Shown one piece after another: positions 62,375-64,000 of a stretch of 64,000 bases of DNA. Under the pieces are notes generated by a model. The model saw only the letters and a list, made by a program, of their open reading frames with translations. It had not been told where the DNA came from and did not search any database. A program made the position numbers and the translations under genes. Source of the stretch: Mytilus edulis (Eukaryota); NCBI RefSeq assembly GCF_963676685.1, contig NC_092352.1:80228001-80292000 (forward strand). Reading direction: 5' to 3'. Every line of letters starts with the position of its first letter. The stretch's first letter is position 1.

Positions 62375-63975
62375 AAAGAGTTGCGATATGATTGCAAATG
62401 AAGTGGTAGTAAGCAATTATAGGTGTCTTTACGGCCCTCAACAATGACAAAAACCCATACCGTATATTGGTCTATATAGGCACAGACATGAAAAATGTGA
62501 AATGGTTCAAACGGATAAACTCACGGCCTAATTTATAACAACACAATTTATGAAAAACAAATATCATTATTGACATGAACCAACGACAACCACTGAACTA
62601 TAAGGGCTCATGACTTGGGAGATGGACATACATAATATGCTAGGGTTTAGTATGTTGAGAGCGACAAACCTTCCCCAAACCGTGGATAGTGGTGTAACAT
62701 TACAATGAAATAAACTGTCAAAAAGCAGTTGCAATTGGGTTAACTTCAAATAAAATTATTACGAGGCACAAAGCACCACAATAAGAGTACTCGCAGTTAC
62801 TGAAAATGAGAGGCAGAAGATATCAAAGGTACATCCAAGTACATAAGTAGGAAATAAACTGACAACGTCATGGCAAAAAGGAAAAGGACCAAACGACAAA
62901 CAATAGCATACAAAACACAAAGAAAACAATAGACCAAGCTACACGAACAATACCAATAACTCGGGTGATCGCAGGCGCTCCGAAAGGGTAAGGAGATCCT
63001 GCTCTACATGTGGCACCCGTCCTGTTGCTAACATTAGTACAAACCTGATGATAAGTCTAATTCGGCAGGTTACATGTGGAGAAAAGTGACGGGATTGTAA
63101 TTCCGACAATTAGAACATATTCTTTGTCATCTGTGAAACTGATATTTTATAAAGGTCAACCAACTCGGGATAGGAAATGCAACTTCTGGAATATCGTGTC
63201 AACATGGATATATACATACTCCATACGCAAGCTCTGTCTGGAATGTTGCTATATGAACATAGAAATTGAAAGTTCACAACTAGGACGCTGAAATCATCTT
63301 TTTTGTCGTAAAGTTTTGCTCTAAACCTACTCTCATTGTCAATTTATAAAAATAAGTCAAATCATGAGGTAGACCTAACTATATCTGTTGTTTACTTCAT
63401 TTCAATTTCGATGGGATAAATGTGTTCAACGTATTCACCAATCTTGATTATTTAGTGAGAGGGTATCAGGTATATAGCGACACGCGAAGTTAAAGGATAA
63501 TGCTACATTCATTTCATTATTTTTAAGAAGCTTTTGTATGCATTCAGTTTCAAATGAATACAGGAACATGTTGGGAAGAAGAAGAGCACAGTTAATTCTC
63601 AATCAGGAAAGCCAATTCTTTTTTAAAAAACACGTTCTTCACACTTTACAAATATGTTGTCAATCAAGAAATCAAGCATCTTGATAATGTCAGTTTCAGA
63701 GAAGTTTTTATAAATAAGAAGATTTGGTATGAGTGCCAATGAAACAATTATCCATCCAAGTCACAATGTATAAAACGTAAACATATATAGGTCTAAGTAC
63801 GGCATTCAACATTGAGCTTACATCAAATAGCTAGCTTTAAAGGACCCCAAATTGACAAGTTTGAAACAATTCAAACAGGAAAACCAACGGTCCAACCTTT
63901 ATAAAAAACGAGAAACTAAAAACACGTATGAACCACACCAACAAACGACAACCACTGAACAACAGACTCCTGATT
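62375..63975 (-). mobile_element. PLE fragment cluster: family B UTR (62375-62805, decayed twister at 62590-62692), family A-like RT plus UTR (62810-63710), family B-like tail (63715-63975)
   Basis: Reverse complements match 9040-9560 and 1095-2087, e.g. AACTTCTCTGAAACTGACATTATCAAGATGCTTGATTTCTTGATTGACAACATATTTG. Confidence 0.8.
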
Positions 63976-64000
63976 GTTTGTAGGAATCAAACTGATTGCT

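Overview
AT-rich (roughly 30% GC by eye) eukaryotic DNA. The repeat families point to a bivalve mollusc, probably Mytilus-like (inference). The window is mostly transposable-element debris: many 3' fragments of at least five Penelope-like element (PLE) families whose RT ends without a C-terminal endonuclease (Naiad-type), one near-complete Tx1/L1-clade ORF2 with a poly(A) tail, hammerhead-bearing retrozyme-like repeats, a V-type SINE, several non-autonomous TIR transposons, Helentron-type (HINE) elements, and a ~4.2 kb tandem triplication at 16.6-29.8 kb. One host gene is supported: a minus-strand secreted protein (signal peptide, short coiled coil, fibrinogen-like domain), exons 13330-13510 and 10854-11522. 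The most striking observation is a circularly permuted (type-P5) twister-ribozyme motif in the 3' regions of four PLE families. Its stems covary between families, and palindromes replace the P1 stem. One copy (25889-25975, minus) looks intact. Family labels A-E are my own. All coordinates were read by eye and element ends are approximate.
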